Assembly (NCBI GenBank): GCA_964564295.1
Contig: CAZMBS010000001.1
Location: 12,182-57,379 of the forward strand
Direction of reading: 5' to 3'
Length of the DNA stretch: 45,198 nucleotides
DNA from: an uncultured Streptomycetaceae bacterium
GTDB taxonomy: Bacteria > Pseudomonadota > Gammaproteobacteria > Burkholderiales > SG8-41
Every line of letters begins with the position of its first letter. The stretch's first letter is position 1. Shown here in pieces: positions 9,240 through 18,263 of the stretch. A program made the position numbers and the translations under genes. The notes beneath the pieces were generated by a model, which saw only the letters and a program-made list of their open reading frames with translations, was not told the DNA's origin and searched no databases.

Positions 9240-10220
9240 ATGGCATTTCGAGTCTTTGCCGCGGTATGGTCCGTCGTGTTGTCGCTTGTCAGCCCCGCCG
9301 GGATCCCGGAAAGCGCCGCGCAAAATTATCCTGTTCGATCGATTCGCCTCGTTGCGCCTTCCGGGGCCGGAGGGCCCGTGGATGTCGTTTGCAGGGTGGT
9401 GGCTCAGCGCCTTGGAGAAGTGCTCGGTCAACAGGTCGTGGTCGAAAATCGCGTAGGCGCTGCCGGGCTGATCGGCACCGACATAGTTGTTCGCAGCGCG
9501 CCCGACGGCTATACGCTGCTCTGCGGATTCTCGGGGCCGCTCGCGATCGTGCCGAACCTCAACGCCAAGACGCCGTACCAGGTGTCACGCGACCTTCAGC
9601 CCATCACTCAGGTTGCGGTGGCGCCGTACGTGCTGCTCACGCATCCGAGCGTTCCCGCCAGAAACGTGAAGGAACTGGTGGCGCTTGCCAAGGCACGACC
9701 GGGGAAAATGAACTTCGGCTCCGGCGGCGTGGGCGTGGGCATTCACATGGCCGGCGAATTGTTCAAGGTCGCTGCCGGCGTAAACATCGTGCACGTGCCG
9801 TACGGCGGCGCGGCGCCCGCGATGACTGCGCTCATGGCCGGCGAAGTGGATATGATGTTCAACGGGCTTTCGGCTGCGGCATCGCACATGACGAGCAACA
9901 AGGTGCGCGCGATCGCCGTGGGCGGCGAGAAGCGCGCGGCACTTTTCCCCGAAATTCCGACGATTCAGGAATCCGGCTACGAGTTCAAGACCGGCGGGTG
10001 GTACGGCCTGCTTGCACCGCGCGGCACGCCGCAGCCGGTTGTCAATATGCTGCAGCAGGCAACCGTCAAGGCCATGGATTCAGCCGACACGCGGCAGACG
10101 CTGGCCAAGATCGTAACGGAGGTCGTGACGGGGACGCCGCAGGCGTTCGCGGACCTGATCAGTCAGGAACACGCATTATGGGCCCGGGTCATCAAGGCTG
10201 CGGGGATCAACGTGCAATAG
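9240..10220 (+). CDS. Bug/TctC family substrate-binding protein
   Basis: Signal peptide, YPVRSIRLV...GG, ENRVGAAG, PDGYTL, HVPY. TAAGGAG SD. Confidence 0.9.
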   Translation: MAFRVFAAVWSVVLSLVSPAGIPESAAQNYPVRSIRLVAPSGAGGPVDVVCRVVAQRLGEVLGQQVVVENRVGAAGLIGTDIVVRSAPDGYTLLCGFSGPLAIVPNLNAKTPYQVSRDLQPITQVAVAPYVLLTHPSVPARNVKELVALAKARPGKMNFGSGGVGVGIHMAGELFKVAAGVNIVHVPYGGAAPAMTALMAGEVDMMFNGLSAAASHMTSNKVRAIAVGGEKRAALFPEIPTIQESGYEFKTGGWYGLLAPRGTPQPVVNMLQQATVKAMDSADTRQTLAKIVTEVVTGTPQAFADLISQEHALWARVIKAAGINVQ

Positions 10221-10233
10221 GCGTCGCGCCGCG

Positions 10234-10821
10234 TCACAGGCGCTTGATCCACCCGGGCAAGGCCTCGAAGCGCCGCAACCATTCCACGACGCGCGGTGAG
10301 CCGTCGAGCGCGATGCCACCTTCGGGGGCCAGCGCGACGTAGGGGTAGCATGCCACATCGGCAATCGTCGGCCGGTCGAGCGCAAGCCATCTTTCCCGCG
10401 CGAAGTGTTGTTCGAGTAGTGCCAGGCCCGCGCGGCCGTACCCGCGATACTCTTCGATGTCCCCGGACTTCAGTTTCAGCGCGACCGCGCGTGCCCACTG
10501 CAGCCCGTACAGTACTTCGTTCTGCGCAAACGCCATCCATTGCATGACGGTGGCGAGCCCGACCGCGTCCGTGGGCAGCCATTGCTCGCCGCCGTGCTTG
10601 CGCGCGAGATACACCATCGCGCCGGTGGACTCCCAGAATATCCGGCCCTCGTCCTCGAGCACCGGCACCAGGCCGCGCGGGTTGATCGCCAGAAATGACG
10701 CACGCTTGTGTTCGCCCGCCGCGATGTCCATGAGCACCTTGTCGTACGGCACGCCGAGCATGGACAACAGCAGGCGCACCTTGTAGGCGTTGCCGGAGCG
10801 TTCGAACATGTAGAGTTTCAC
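10234..10821 (-). CDS. Glutathione S-transferase family protein
   Basis: SGNAYKVRLLL, FLAINPRGLVPVL, ES, PTIADVACYPY. Confidence 0.9.
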   Translation of the reverse strand: MKLYMFERSGNAYKVRLLLSMLGVPYDKVLMDIAAGEHKRASFLAINPRGLVPVLEDEGRIFWESTGAMVYLARKHGGEQWLPTDAVGLATVMQWMAFAQNEVLYGLQWARAVALKLKSGDIEEYRGYGRAGLALLEQHFARERWLALDRPTIADVACYPYVALAPEGGIALDGSPRVVEWLRRFEALPGWIKRL

Positions 10822-10833
10822 GATGCCAACTCC

Positions 10834-11832
10834 TCAGAGCTTCAAGAGCTTCGCTGCGTTGTCCCAGAGTATCTGCTGCTTCGCGGCGCTGCTCAGCGAA
10901 CTGACGCCGTTCAGAAACTTCACCGGCTCCTCGTACGCGATGTCGAAGCAGTAGTCGCTGCCGATCATGATGCGATCCGCGCCGACGAGCTTCACGAGAT
11001 CGTCCAGGATGTCCTCGTTGTAGCTGATCGTGTCGTAGGTGAAGCGCTTGAGGTACGTGCTCGGCGGCTTCGCGATTGTCTTGCATTCTGCGCGCGTGTG
11101 GAATCCGCGGTCGAGCCGGCCGCGCAATATCGGCAGCACGCCGCCCGCATGCGGCAGGCTGATCTCCAGCTTCGGAAACGCGTCGAGCACGCCGCCGTAA
11201 ATGAGGTGCGATGCGGCGATCGCGGTGTCGAACGGATTTCCGCACAGATTGATGAGATAGAACTGCTTCAGGCGCTCGTTGTTGATCATCATCGGGTGCA
11301 GAAAAATCGGCAATCCGAGTGCCTCGCAACGCTCGTAGACCGGGAAAAAGCTCCGGTCGGACAACTCGCGGTCGCGCACCGCGGTCGCCATGTAAACGCC
11401 GCGTATGCCGGGCAGCTTCGCCGCGCGCTCCAGTTCCGCCAGCGCGAGCTGTGGATTCTGGAACGGCAGACACGCGAATCCGATCAGCCGTTCCGGATGA
11501 GCGACATGCGCAGTGCTGACGGCGTCGTTGAAGGCCACGCAAAGCTGCGCCCCCAGGTCATCATCGGCCCAGTAGACCATCGGCTGGGTCAGCGACAGCG
11601 CATGCATGCCCACGCCCTGGCGGTCCATGATCCGCAGGCGCTCGTCGATGTCGATGAACGTGCGCGTGATGGGTCCCGTGCGCAGCAGCAGTCCGACCTG
11701 GATGAACGTCACCCCCTTGTCATCGACCGTGACCGTGGTGCCGCAGCGCTTGCCGTGCCGGGCGATGAGGTCGATGTACGTCTGCGGGAAGTAGTGCGTG
11801 TGGGTGTCGATGGTCTGGAAGGGCCGGGCCAT
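10834..11832 (-). CDS. Amidohydrolase_2 family protein (ACMSD-like decarboxylase/hydratase)
   Basis: IDTHTH, RLRIMDRQGV, ND, IFLHP, HAGGVLP, YDT, GSDY. Confidence 0.88.
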   Translation of the reverse strand: MARPFQTIDTHTHYFPQTYIDLIARHGKRCGTTVTVDDKGVTFIQVGLLLRTGPITRTFIDIDERLRIMDRQGVGMHALSLTQPMVYWADDDLGAQLCVAFNDAVSTAHVAHPERLIGFACLPFQNPQLALAELERAAKLPGIRGVYMATAVRDRELSDRSFFPVYERCEALGLPIFLHPMMINNERLKQFYLINLCGNPFDTAIAASHLIYGGVLDAFPKLEISLPHAGGVLPILRGRLDRGFHTRAECKTIAKPPSTYLKRFTYDTISYNEDILDDLVKLVGADRIMIGSDYCFDIAYEEPVKFLNGVSSLSSAAKQQILWDNAAKLLKL

Positions 11833-11845
11833 GAAGGATCTCCGG

Positions 11846-12295
11846 TTACAGGTGCTTCATGATGTGCTGCCAGTGCGCCGGATCGACCGGCGTGATCGAC
11901 AACCGGTTGCCGCGCGCGAGCACGAGCATGTTGCGCAAGGGCTTGTGCCCGCGCATTTCCGACAGCGGCATCAAGCGCGTTTTCTTCACGAACCGGATTT
12001 CGACATGCAGCCAGCGCGGATTCTCGCGCGTGGCCGCGGGGTCGAAGTACCGGCTCTTGCGGTCGAACTGCGTTTCGTCCGGGTAGGCGGAGTGGCACAC
12101 TTCGGCGATGCCCACGATGCCGGGCTCGTCGCAGTTGGAGTGGTAAAACAGCACCGGGTCGCCCACCGTCATCTGGTCACGCATGAAGTTGCGCGCCTGG
12201 TAGTTGCGTATTCCGGTCCACGGCGTGCGCCTGTCGCGCGCGAGCGCGTCGATGGAATAGGTTTCGGGCTCCGATTTCATCAACCAGTAACGCAT
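11846..12295 (-). CDS. EVE domain protein
   Basis: MRYWLMKSEP, WTGIRNYQARN, FYHS, RLSITPV. Start at ATG 12295; the ORF-track extension runs into the terminator and 6S RNA. Confidence 0.95.
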   Translation of the reverse strand: MRYWLMKSEPETYSIDALARDRRTPWTGIRNYQARNFMRDQMTVGDPVLFYHSNCDEPGIVGIAEVCHSAYPDETQFDRKSRYFDPAATRENPRWLHVEIRFVKKTRLMPLSEMRGHKPLRNMLVLARGNRLSITPVDPAHWQHIMKHL

Positions 12296-12317
12296 GTCTC
12301 CACCCGCCGAGAGCACC

Positions 12318-12348
12318 AAAAAAAATGCGGCTGGGCCGCATTCTTTTC
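12318..12348 (-). terminator. Rho-independent terminator after 6S RNA
   Basis: Minus strand reads AATGCGGC-CCA-GCCGCATT followed by a T run. Confidence 0.75.
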
Positions 12349-12357
12349 CGCTGAGAA

Positions 12358-12534
12358 GATCCCCCACCTGTGCCGCCAGGCCCGCATCTTGAACCAAAGG
12401 GTCCAAGGTGGTCGCCTTCCGAGCCCTTCAGGCGCTTCCGCGTGGGACGCGCACACCGGCGCTGCTTGAGTCGGCAACCTGTACTGACTTATCGGTTCAA
12501 AGAATTAAAGACCTTGACGAACACCGCAGGGGAA
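12358..12534 (-). ncRNA. ssrS: 6S RNA
   Basis: About 177 nt directly downstream of zapA. 5' TTCCCCTGCGGTG pairs with 3' CAGGTGGGGGA, and it has TTGAACC...GGTTCAAG stems typical of proteobacterial 6S. Ends approximate. Confidence 0.88.
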
Positions 12535-12564
12535 ACACTGAACGGCCGTCCCGCGCCGGCAATT

Positions 12565-12876
12565 TCAGAACAGTTTGTTCTGTTCCGACATCGCCTGATC
12601 GAGCGCCGTTTCCATGTGACCGATTCTACGCTTTACTTCCGCGATGTCAAAGTTGCCGCCAACCTTGGTGGTCAGCAATTCGTGCGCGACGTTGAGCGCC
12701 GCCATGATCGCGATGCGCTCGAGCCCGATGATCTTGCCGTGGTCCCGGATCTCCTGCATTTTCCGGTTCAGGTAATCGACGGCTTCCAGCAGGCCCTTCT
12801 GCTCGTTCTCCGGGCAGGCGACGCGAAAGTCGCGCCCCATGATGTTGATCTGCAGACCCTTGGGTTCGGCGCTCAT
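12565..12876 (-). CDS. zapA: Cell division protein ZapA
   Basis: INIMGRDFRVAC, AVDYLNRKM, ERIAIMAALNVAHE. Confidence 0.95.
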   Translation of the reverse strand: MSAEPKGLQINIMGRDFRVACPENEQKGLLEAVDYLNRKMQEIRDHGKIIGLERIAIMAALNVAHELLTTKVGGNFDIAEVKRRIGHMETALDQAMSEQNKLF

Positions 12877-13073
12877 GCGGCGTCGTCGGGAATCTGTTGA
12901 AGCAGGTTTTCGAGCCGTCCGGTTGCGCTGCCGATTTTCTCCTCCAACTGCTTGTTGGCGTTCAACGCAGAAGCGAGTTGCTGGCGCAGTTGCTGGTTGT
13001 CCGCACGCAGTCGGTGGGTGTGCTCGACGAACTGATTGATCTTGTCCTCGAGCGATTTCAGTTCCGCTTCCAT
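12873..13073 (-). CDS. zapB: ZapB-like coiled-coil protein (TIGR02449-like)
   Basis: 66-aa coiled coil MEAELKSLEDKINQ...ARL-like end, ATGA-coupled to zapA. Confidence 0.75.
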   Translation of the reverse strand: MEAELKSLEDKINQFVEHTHRLRADNQQLRQQLASALNANKQLEEKIGSATGRLENLLQQIPDDAA

Positions 13074-13079
13074 CCGCAC

Positions 13080-13109
13080 ACTATAGGCGAAAAAAATCAT
13101 TTAAGTCAA
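13080..13109 (-). promoter_or_regulatory. Sigma70 promoter of zapB-zapA-ssrS
   Basis: TTGACT (13109-13104), 18-nt spacer, TATAGT (13085-13080). Confidence 0.7.
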
Positions 13110-13344
13110 CCAATAACACGTAACTTTGAATGTGATTTGGCACATATGGAAGCCGGCAGAGCCGGCCCTGGAATCCATGTGCGATGCCGGCGCTTGAGGC
13201 GCGCTGTTGAACTGATAACAGCCTGATCTGCAAGGCCTTTTGCCAGGAGTTTCCGCAGTGAGCGGTCGCTTTGCTGAATCCGTCGCGATACAATGCGTTT
13301 GCCAGGGTGATTGCGCGTTCGCGTAACGGATGCGCGTACCCAGG

Positions 13345-13537
13345 CGGTTTCGGGTGCCCTGCGCAGTGCCAACGCGCGGGTTAAACGGGAAACAGGTGCA
13401 ACACCTGTGCTGCCCCCGCAACGGTAAGTGAACGCGGTTGCAAAACCGCAGCGAATGCCATTCAGCCACTGGGTATAACCATGCCCGGGAAGGCGGCACG
13501 AGCCATGTTCACGAGCCCGTATACCGGCCCGAAACCG
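13345..13537 (+). ncRNA. Cobalamin riboswitch
   Basis: P1 CGGTTTCGGG/CCCGAAACCG, AACGGGAA-CAGGTG, CTGCCCCCGCAACGGTAA, GCCACTG, GGGAAGG and a B12-box-like GAGCCCG..ACCGGCC. Lies upstream of a TonB receptor. Confidence 0.93.
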
Positions 13538-13684
13538 GCGGTCTCCATACGCGTGGAGATCCGGGTGCGGACATGCTGCGGATGGGCGGCGGGCCGGTCG
13601 GTCACGGTTTTCTATCCTCTTTTCGCAGCGGGCCTGCGTAATGCAATCGGCGCGCGGCGGGCGCGCATTGAACGAGGACGAAAC

Positions 13685-15631
13685 GTGAACACAGTGAAGT
13701 GGATTGTTGCCCTATTGGCGGCTTGCGCGTGCGCGAGTCATGCCGCCGAAGTATCGATAACCCGGACCGAGCCCGTCGTCGTCATCGCGACACGCTTCGA
13801 GCAGCCAAGCAGCGAATCCGGCGTGACCGTGATCGACCGCGCAGCCATCGAGCGCAGCACCGCGCGCAGTGTGATCGAGTTGTTGTCTCTTCAGGCGGGC
13901 ATCCAGTCCCGCGACAGCACGGGCAGCCCCGACCTTCAGATCGACATGCGCGGCTTCGGCCAGACCGGCGACCTCAATACCGCGGTGTTGATCGATGGAC
14001 AGCGTTTCAACGAGATCGATACCGGTCCGGTCAAGTGGTCTTCGATTCCGCTCTTGGCGGTGGAGCGCATCGAGATTCTGCGCGGCAGCGGTGCCGTCCT
14101 GTATGGTGGCGGCGCAACCGGCGGCGTAATCAATATCGTGACGCGACGTCCCCGTGCCGGCGAGAAACAGGCCGAAGCGCACGTCGGCCTGGGCAGTTAC
14201 CGGACGACCGACCTTCACGGGGGACTCACCGTCGCCGGCGAGCGCATAGGGTTGCGCCTTCACGTAACGGATCGCCGGTCGGACAACTACCGGGAAAACA
14301 ACCGCATCGAGCAGCGCAACGTGCTCTTGGACATGCGCACGCTGGGTGCGGGCAGCCACGCGTACGTGAAACTTGCCACCGACGATCAGGATCTGCGCAA
14401 TCCCGGCCAGTTGACGCTCGCGGAACTCGCAGTCAACCGGCGCGGCACCAGCACGCCGAACGACTTCAGCGCACGCGAGGGCGTGCGCGCGGATGTCGGA
14501 GGCGTGCTGTTTGCCGGCCCGTTCGAACTGGCTGCCAACCTTGCTTACCGCAAGCAGGACACGCGCGCGCACTTCGCGGCGTTCGGGGCCGACGTGAACA
14601 ACGGTACAGACGGCATTGCTTTCGCGCCGCGCGCGAAACTTCCCTACACGCTGGGCGGACTCGCGCAATCACTGGTCGCGGGCCTCGATGTTGAGGAAGG
14701 GCGCCTAGACCGAGACGTCACGGGTTCGTTCTTTTCGGGACGCAGCAAGGCACGGCAGGACAAGCGCGCAATCTACCTTCAGCATCACGCCGCTTTCGGC
14801 GGCGGCTGGTTCGCGACAATCGGGGCGCGCGCGCAGCACGCCGAGAACGCCCTTGACGATCCGGCGACCGCGCCCATGCCGATTCGCAAACGCTATTCAC
14901 TGACCGCCTCGGAACTGGCCGTGCGCTACGAAGTGATTCCCGCGCTGGCGTTCACCGGCAAGACCGGGCGCAGCTTCCGCCTGCCGTCAGTCGAAGAAAC
15001 GAATTTCTCGAGTCCGGCGCTGCTGGAACCGCAAACCTCGCGCGACCGGGAAGTCGGGCTGGAATATCGCGCGCCGGCGGCACGGGTGCGGCTCGCGGCC
15101 TATCGCATTGATCTGGAGAACGAAATTGCATTCAACCCGGTCCTGTTCGACAACGTCAATCTCGCTCCGACGCGACGCGAGGGCGCGGAACTCGAAACGC
15201 GCTGGCGCACCACTCCGGATCTGGAGCTGTTCGTGAACTACGCGCACGTGCTCGCCCGCTTTCGCAGCGGCGTTTATGGCGGCGCAAGCCTCGCGGGCAA
15301 CGCGGTGCCGCTGGTGCCGCGAAACACTGTGAGCACCGGACTGTCCTGGCGCGTGCGTGACAAGACCCGGTTGGGCGCCACCGTGCGATTTGTGGGCGCG
15401 CAGCGACTGGCCAACGACGAGACCAACCTGCTCGCGCAGGACATTCCGGCGTACACGACAGCGGACGTCAAGATTGCGCATGAATCCGGCGACTGGATGT
15501 TTGACGCAACCGTGCTCAACCTGTTCGACAGGAGCTACTACACGCAGGGCGGCGTCAACGCGCTGGGACTCATCCGGGTGTTCCCGGCGCCGAAACGCAG
15601 CATCCACGCGACCGTGCGCCGCGCGTTCTGA
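13685..15631 (+). CDS. btuB: TonB-dependent receptor, BtuB-like (cobalamin uptake)
   Basis: Signal peptide, TonB box EPVVVIATRF, plug motifs IDMRGFG / VLIDG / VERIEILRGSGAVLYG..ATGGVINI, C-terminal Phe. GTG start with GAGGA SD; riboswitch upstream. Confidence 0.85.
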   Translation: MNTVKWIVALLAACACASHAAEVSITRTEPVVVIATRFEQPSSESGVTVIDRAAIERSTARSVIELLSLQAGIQSRDSTGSPDLQIDMRGFGQTGDLNTAVLIDGQRFNEIDTGPVKWSSIPLLAVERIEILRGSGAVLYGGGATGGVINIVTRRPRAGEKQAEAHVGLGSYRTTDLHGGLTVAGERIGLRLHVTDRRSDNYRENNRIEQRNVLLDMRTLGAGSHAYVKLATDDQDLRNPGQLTLAELAVNRRGTSTPNDFSAREGVRADVGGVLFAGPFELAANLAYRKQDTRAHFAAFGADVNNGTDGIAFAPRAKLPYTLGGLAQSLVAGLDVEEGRLDRDVTGSFFSGRSKARQDKRAIYLQHHAAFGGGWFATIGARAQHAENALDDPATAPMPIRKRYSLTASELAVRYEVIPALAFTGKTGRSFRLPSVEETNFSSPALLEPQTSRDREVGLEYRAPAARVRLAAYRIDLENEIAFNPVLFDNVNLAPTRREGAELETRWRTTPDLELFVNYAHVLARFRSGVYGGASLAGNAVPLVPRNTVSTGLSWRVRDKTRLGATVRFVGAQRLANDETNLLAQDIPAYTTADVKIAHESGDWMFDATVLNLFDRSYYTQGGVNALGLIRVFPAPKRSIHATVRRAF

Positions 15632-15643
15632 ATGCCGGAATCT

Positions 15644-15682
15644 TCCGGGGAAAGCCGTGCACGGCGCCCGGTTTTTCTTTTT
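15644..15682 (+). terminator. Probable intrinsic terminator after btuB
   Basis: CCGGG...GCCGTGCACGGC.CCCGG stem followed by TTTTTCTTTTT. Confidence 0.6.
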
Positions 15683-15708
15683 GTTCGGAACTTTGGTATC
15701 GTTCGCCG

Positions 15709-17478
15709 ATGTCCAGCAAAGCGCTTTACGCGCGCCTGCTTCGGCACGTTGCGCCGTACTGGCGCGTGTTCGGGCTCGGCATATTCGCCACCGTCGTGGT
15801 GGCCGCAACCGAACCGGCGCTTCCTGCCCTTCTGAAACCTCTGCTCGACGGTGTGTTTGTTGCGCGCGACAACACCGTGATTCTGTGGACGCCGGCCATC
15901 ATACTCGGGCTGTTCATGGTCCGGGGCGTCGCCGAGTATGTGGCGCAGTACGCCATCGGCTGGATCGGCAGCCGTGTCGTCATGGACTTGCGCAACCTGA
16001 TGTTCCGCAAGCTGCTCGAACTGCCCGCCACGTACTACGAGAATCAGCCGTCCGGCCATCTCGTGTCGAAACTTACCTATGACGTAACGCAGGTCGCTTC
16101 AGCCGGAACGAGTGTATTGACCGCCATTTTCAAGGATACGCTCGTCATTATCGGCCTCGTGAGCTGGATGCTGTGGCTCAACTGGAAACTCACGCTGCTC
16201 GCAGTCGTGATGGCGCCGGTCATCATCGGCATCGTCCGGGCGATCAGCATCCGACTGCGCAACTCGAGCCGGGACGTGCAGCGCAGCATGGGCGACATGA
16301 CCCAGGTGCTGCACGAAGCCATCGACGGCCACAAAGTGGTCAAGCTGTTCGGCGGACAACAGTACGAGGCCGCGCGCTTCGATGCTGAAGCCAACAACGT
16401 GCGCCGATTTCTGATGAAGCAGGTGGCGGCAGCCGCGGCGAGCGTTCCACTGGTGCAGTTTATCGCCGCCGCGGCCCTCGCCGTGATCGTCTACCTCGCG
16501 ACGCGACAGACCCACGGCGACGCGGTCACGGTCGGCGCATTCGTGTCCTTCATCGCGGCAATGCTGATGTTGACGGCGCCGTTGAAGCGCATCACGAATG
16601 TCAACGAGCCGTTGCAACGCGGCCTCGCCGCGGCGGAGTCCGTGTTTGCACTCATCGACCACGAAGGGGAGGCAGATCCGGGCACGATGACGCTGGGGCG
16701 CGCGCGAGGCGCACTGCGTTTCGAGGACGTGTCGTTTTCGTACGACGGCAGTGCGGTTCCGGCGCTGGTCGCAGTCGACCTGGATATCGCACCCGGAGAA
16801 ACGGTGGCTCTGGTCGGCGCATCCGGCGCCGGGAAAACCACATTGGCAAATCTGGTGCCGCGCTTTTACCGGCCCACGCGAGGCCGTATCCTGCTCGACG
16901 GTCACGACCTCGGCACGTTACAGCTTGCAAGCCTGCGCGGCAATATCGCGCTGGTCAGCCAGGACATCGTGCTGTTCAACGACACGCTTGCCGCCAATAT
17001 TGCCTACGGCCTGGCGGACAAGGCGTCGCCGGAAGAAATCGCCGCTGCCGCGGAAGCTGCGCATGCGATGGAGTTCATACAACAAATGCCCGAAGGTCTC
17101 GGCACGAAGATCGGCGAGAACGGCGTGAAGCTTTCCGGGGGACAACGGCAGCGCCTGGCCATCGCGCGTGCTCTGCTCAAAAACGCACCCGTCCTGGTGC
17201 TCGATGAGGCGACCTCGGCGCTCGACGCGGAATCCGAACGCCACGTTCAGGCGGCGCTGGAGGCGCTCATGCGCAACCGCACCACGATCGTCATTGCCCA
17301 CCGATTGTCTACGATCGAACGGGCCGACCGTATCATCGTTCTCGATGCCGGCCGCGTCGTGGAAACGGGCACGCACCGCGAACTTCTGGATCGCGAGGGT
17401 GCCTACGCAAAGCTCTATCAGATCCAGTTCAGGAATGAATCCGTCCATGGCGCGCCGGCAACCGGCGGAAGATCGTGA
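15709..17478 (+). CDS. msbA: Lipid A export ABC transporter MsbA
   Basis: TMD plus NBD with GASGAGKT, LSGGQRQRLAIARA, LDEATSALD, IAHRLST. Sits at the head of the LPS locus. Confidence 0.93.
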   Translation: MSSKALYARLLRHVAPYWRVFGLGIFATVVVAATEPALPALLKPLLDGVFVARDNTVILWTPAIILGLFMVRGVAEYVAQYAIGWIGSRVVMDLRNLMFRKLLELPATYYENQPSGHLVSKLTYDVTQVASAGTSVLTAIFKDTLVIIGLVSWMLWLNWKLTLLAVVMAPVIIGIVRAISIRLRNSSRDVQRSMGDMTQVLHEAIDGHKVVKLFGGQQYEAARFDAEANNVRRFLMKQVAAAAASVPLVQFIAAAALAVIVYLATRQTHGDAVTVGAFVSFIAAMLMLTAPLKRITNVNEPLQRGLAAAESVFALIDHEGEADPGTMTLGRARGALRFEDVSFSYDGSAVPALVAVDLDIAPGETVALVGASGAGKTTLANLVPRFYRPTRGRILLDGHDLGTLQLASLRGNIALVSQDIVLFNDTLAANIAYGLADKASPEEIAAAAEAAHAMEFIQQMPEGLGTKIGENGVKLSGGQRQRLAIARALLKNAPVLVLDEATSALDAESERHVQAALEALMRNRTTIVIAHRLSTIERADRIIVLDAGRVVETGTHRELLDREGAYAKLYQIQFRNESVHGAPATGGRS

Positions 17479-17495
17479 CTTGAAGATGGTGCCGG

Positions 17496-18263
17496 ATGTC
17501 GTACCGATCGATTAACCTGCTGCTTCGAAGCCATGTTCCGGCGGCAGTGCTGGCCACGTATCTTTGCGGTCGCGCGAACCGCGCATGGCGCCGCGTGTTT
17601 GCCGATCGCGAGCGGAGCGAGCGGACAGACGATGCGCGGCGCGCTTTCGAAAAATGCACCGAATCCGGGCGTTACTCGAACACCTGGTTCGACGGCAGCA
17701 TCGCGCTGTGGGTCGATTGGCTGGCGCCGCTGAAGGCTTCGGCCCGGGCGCCCGCGTTGCTTGAAGTCGGGTCGTGGGAAGGCCGGTCGACCACGTTTCT
17801 GCTGAGCTACCTGCCGCAGGCGCAACTTACCGCTGTGGATACCTGGGAGGGCGGCATAGAGCACCAGGAGCGCCCGGATCTTGCGACGCTGGAACAACGG
17901 TTTGATCTCAATCTGTCCGCATTCCGTGACCGCCTGACCAAGCGCAAGGGACTGTCGTCCGTCGTGCTCGCGCAACTGGCGGCGGAGGGAAAAGAGCGTT
18001 TCGATTTCATTTTCGTCGACGGATCGCATTTTGCCGACGATGTCCTGGTCGACGCCGTGCTGGCGTGGCAGCTGCTGCGCGAAGGCGGTGTCGTGGTATT
18101 CGACGACTACCTGTGGAAGCTCGAGCGCTACGGTTGGAAGAGAAATCCGGCGCCGGCGATCAACCTGTTTCTGCGACTCAATCGCGGCGATTACGACCTC
18201 TTGCACGTCGGGCACCAGCTCGCCATCCGCAAGTCGGTCTCGCTGCGCCGCTACTTGTCCTGA
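17496..18263 (+). CDS. Class I SAM-dependent methyltransferase (Methyltransf_24-like)
   Basis: LEVGSWEGRST, VDTW, FDFIFVDGSH, GGVVVFDDY. Confidence 0.85.
   Translation: MSYRSINLLLRSHVPAAVLATYLCGRANRAWRRVFADRERSERTDDARRAFEKCTESGRYSNTWFDGSIALWVDWLAPLKASARAPALLEVGSWEGRSTTFLLSYLPQAQLTAVDTWEGGIEHQERPDLATLEQRFDLNLSAFRDRLTKRKGLSSVVLAQLAAEGKERFDFIFVDGSHFADDVLVDAVLAWQLLREGGVVVFDDYLWKLERYGWKRNPAPAINLFLRLNRGDYDLLHVGHQLAIRKSVSLRRYLS

Noticed and set aside
13138-13154. TGGCAC resembling a sigma54 -24 box
   Set aside because: There is no TTGC -12 element at the required spacing.
13101-13684. Small ORFs in the zapB-btuB spacer and the 68-aa N-terminal extension of btuB
   Set aside because: They overlap the promoter and cobalamin riboswitch. 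The signal peptide and SD support GTG 13685 as the start.
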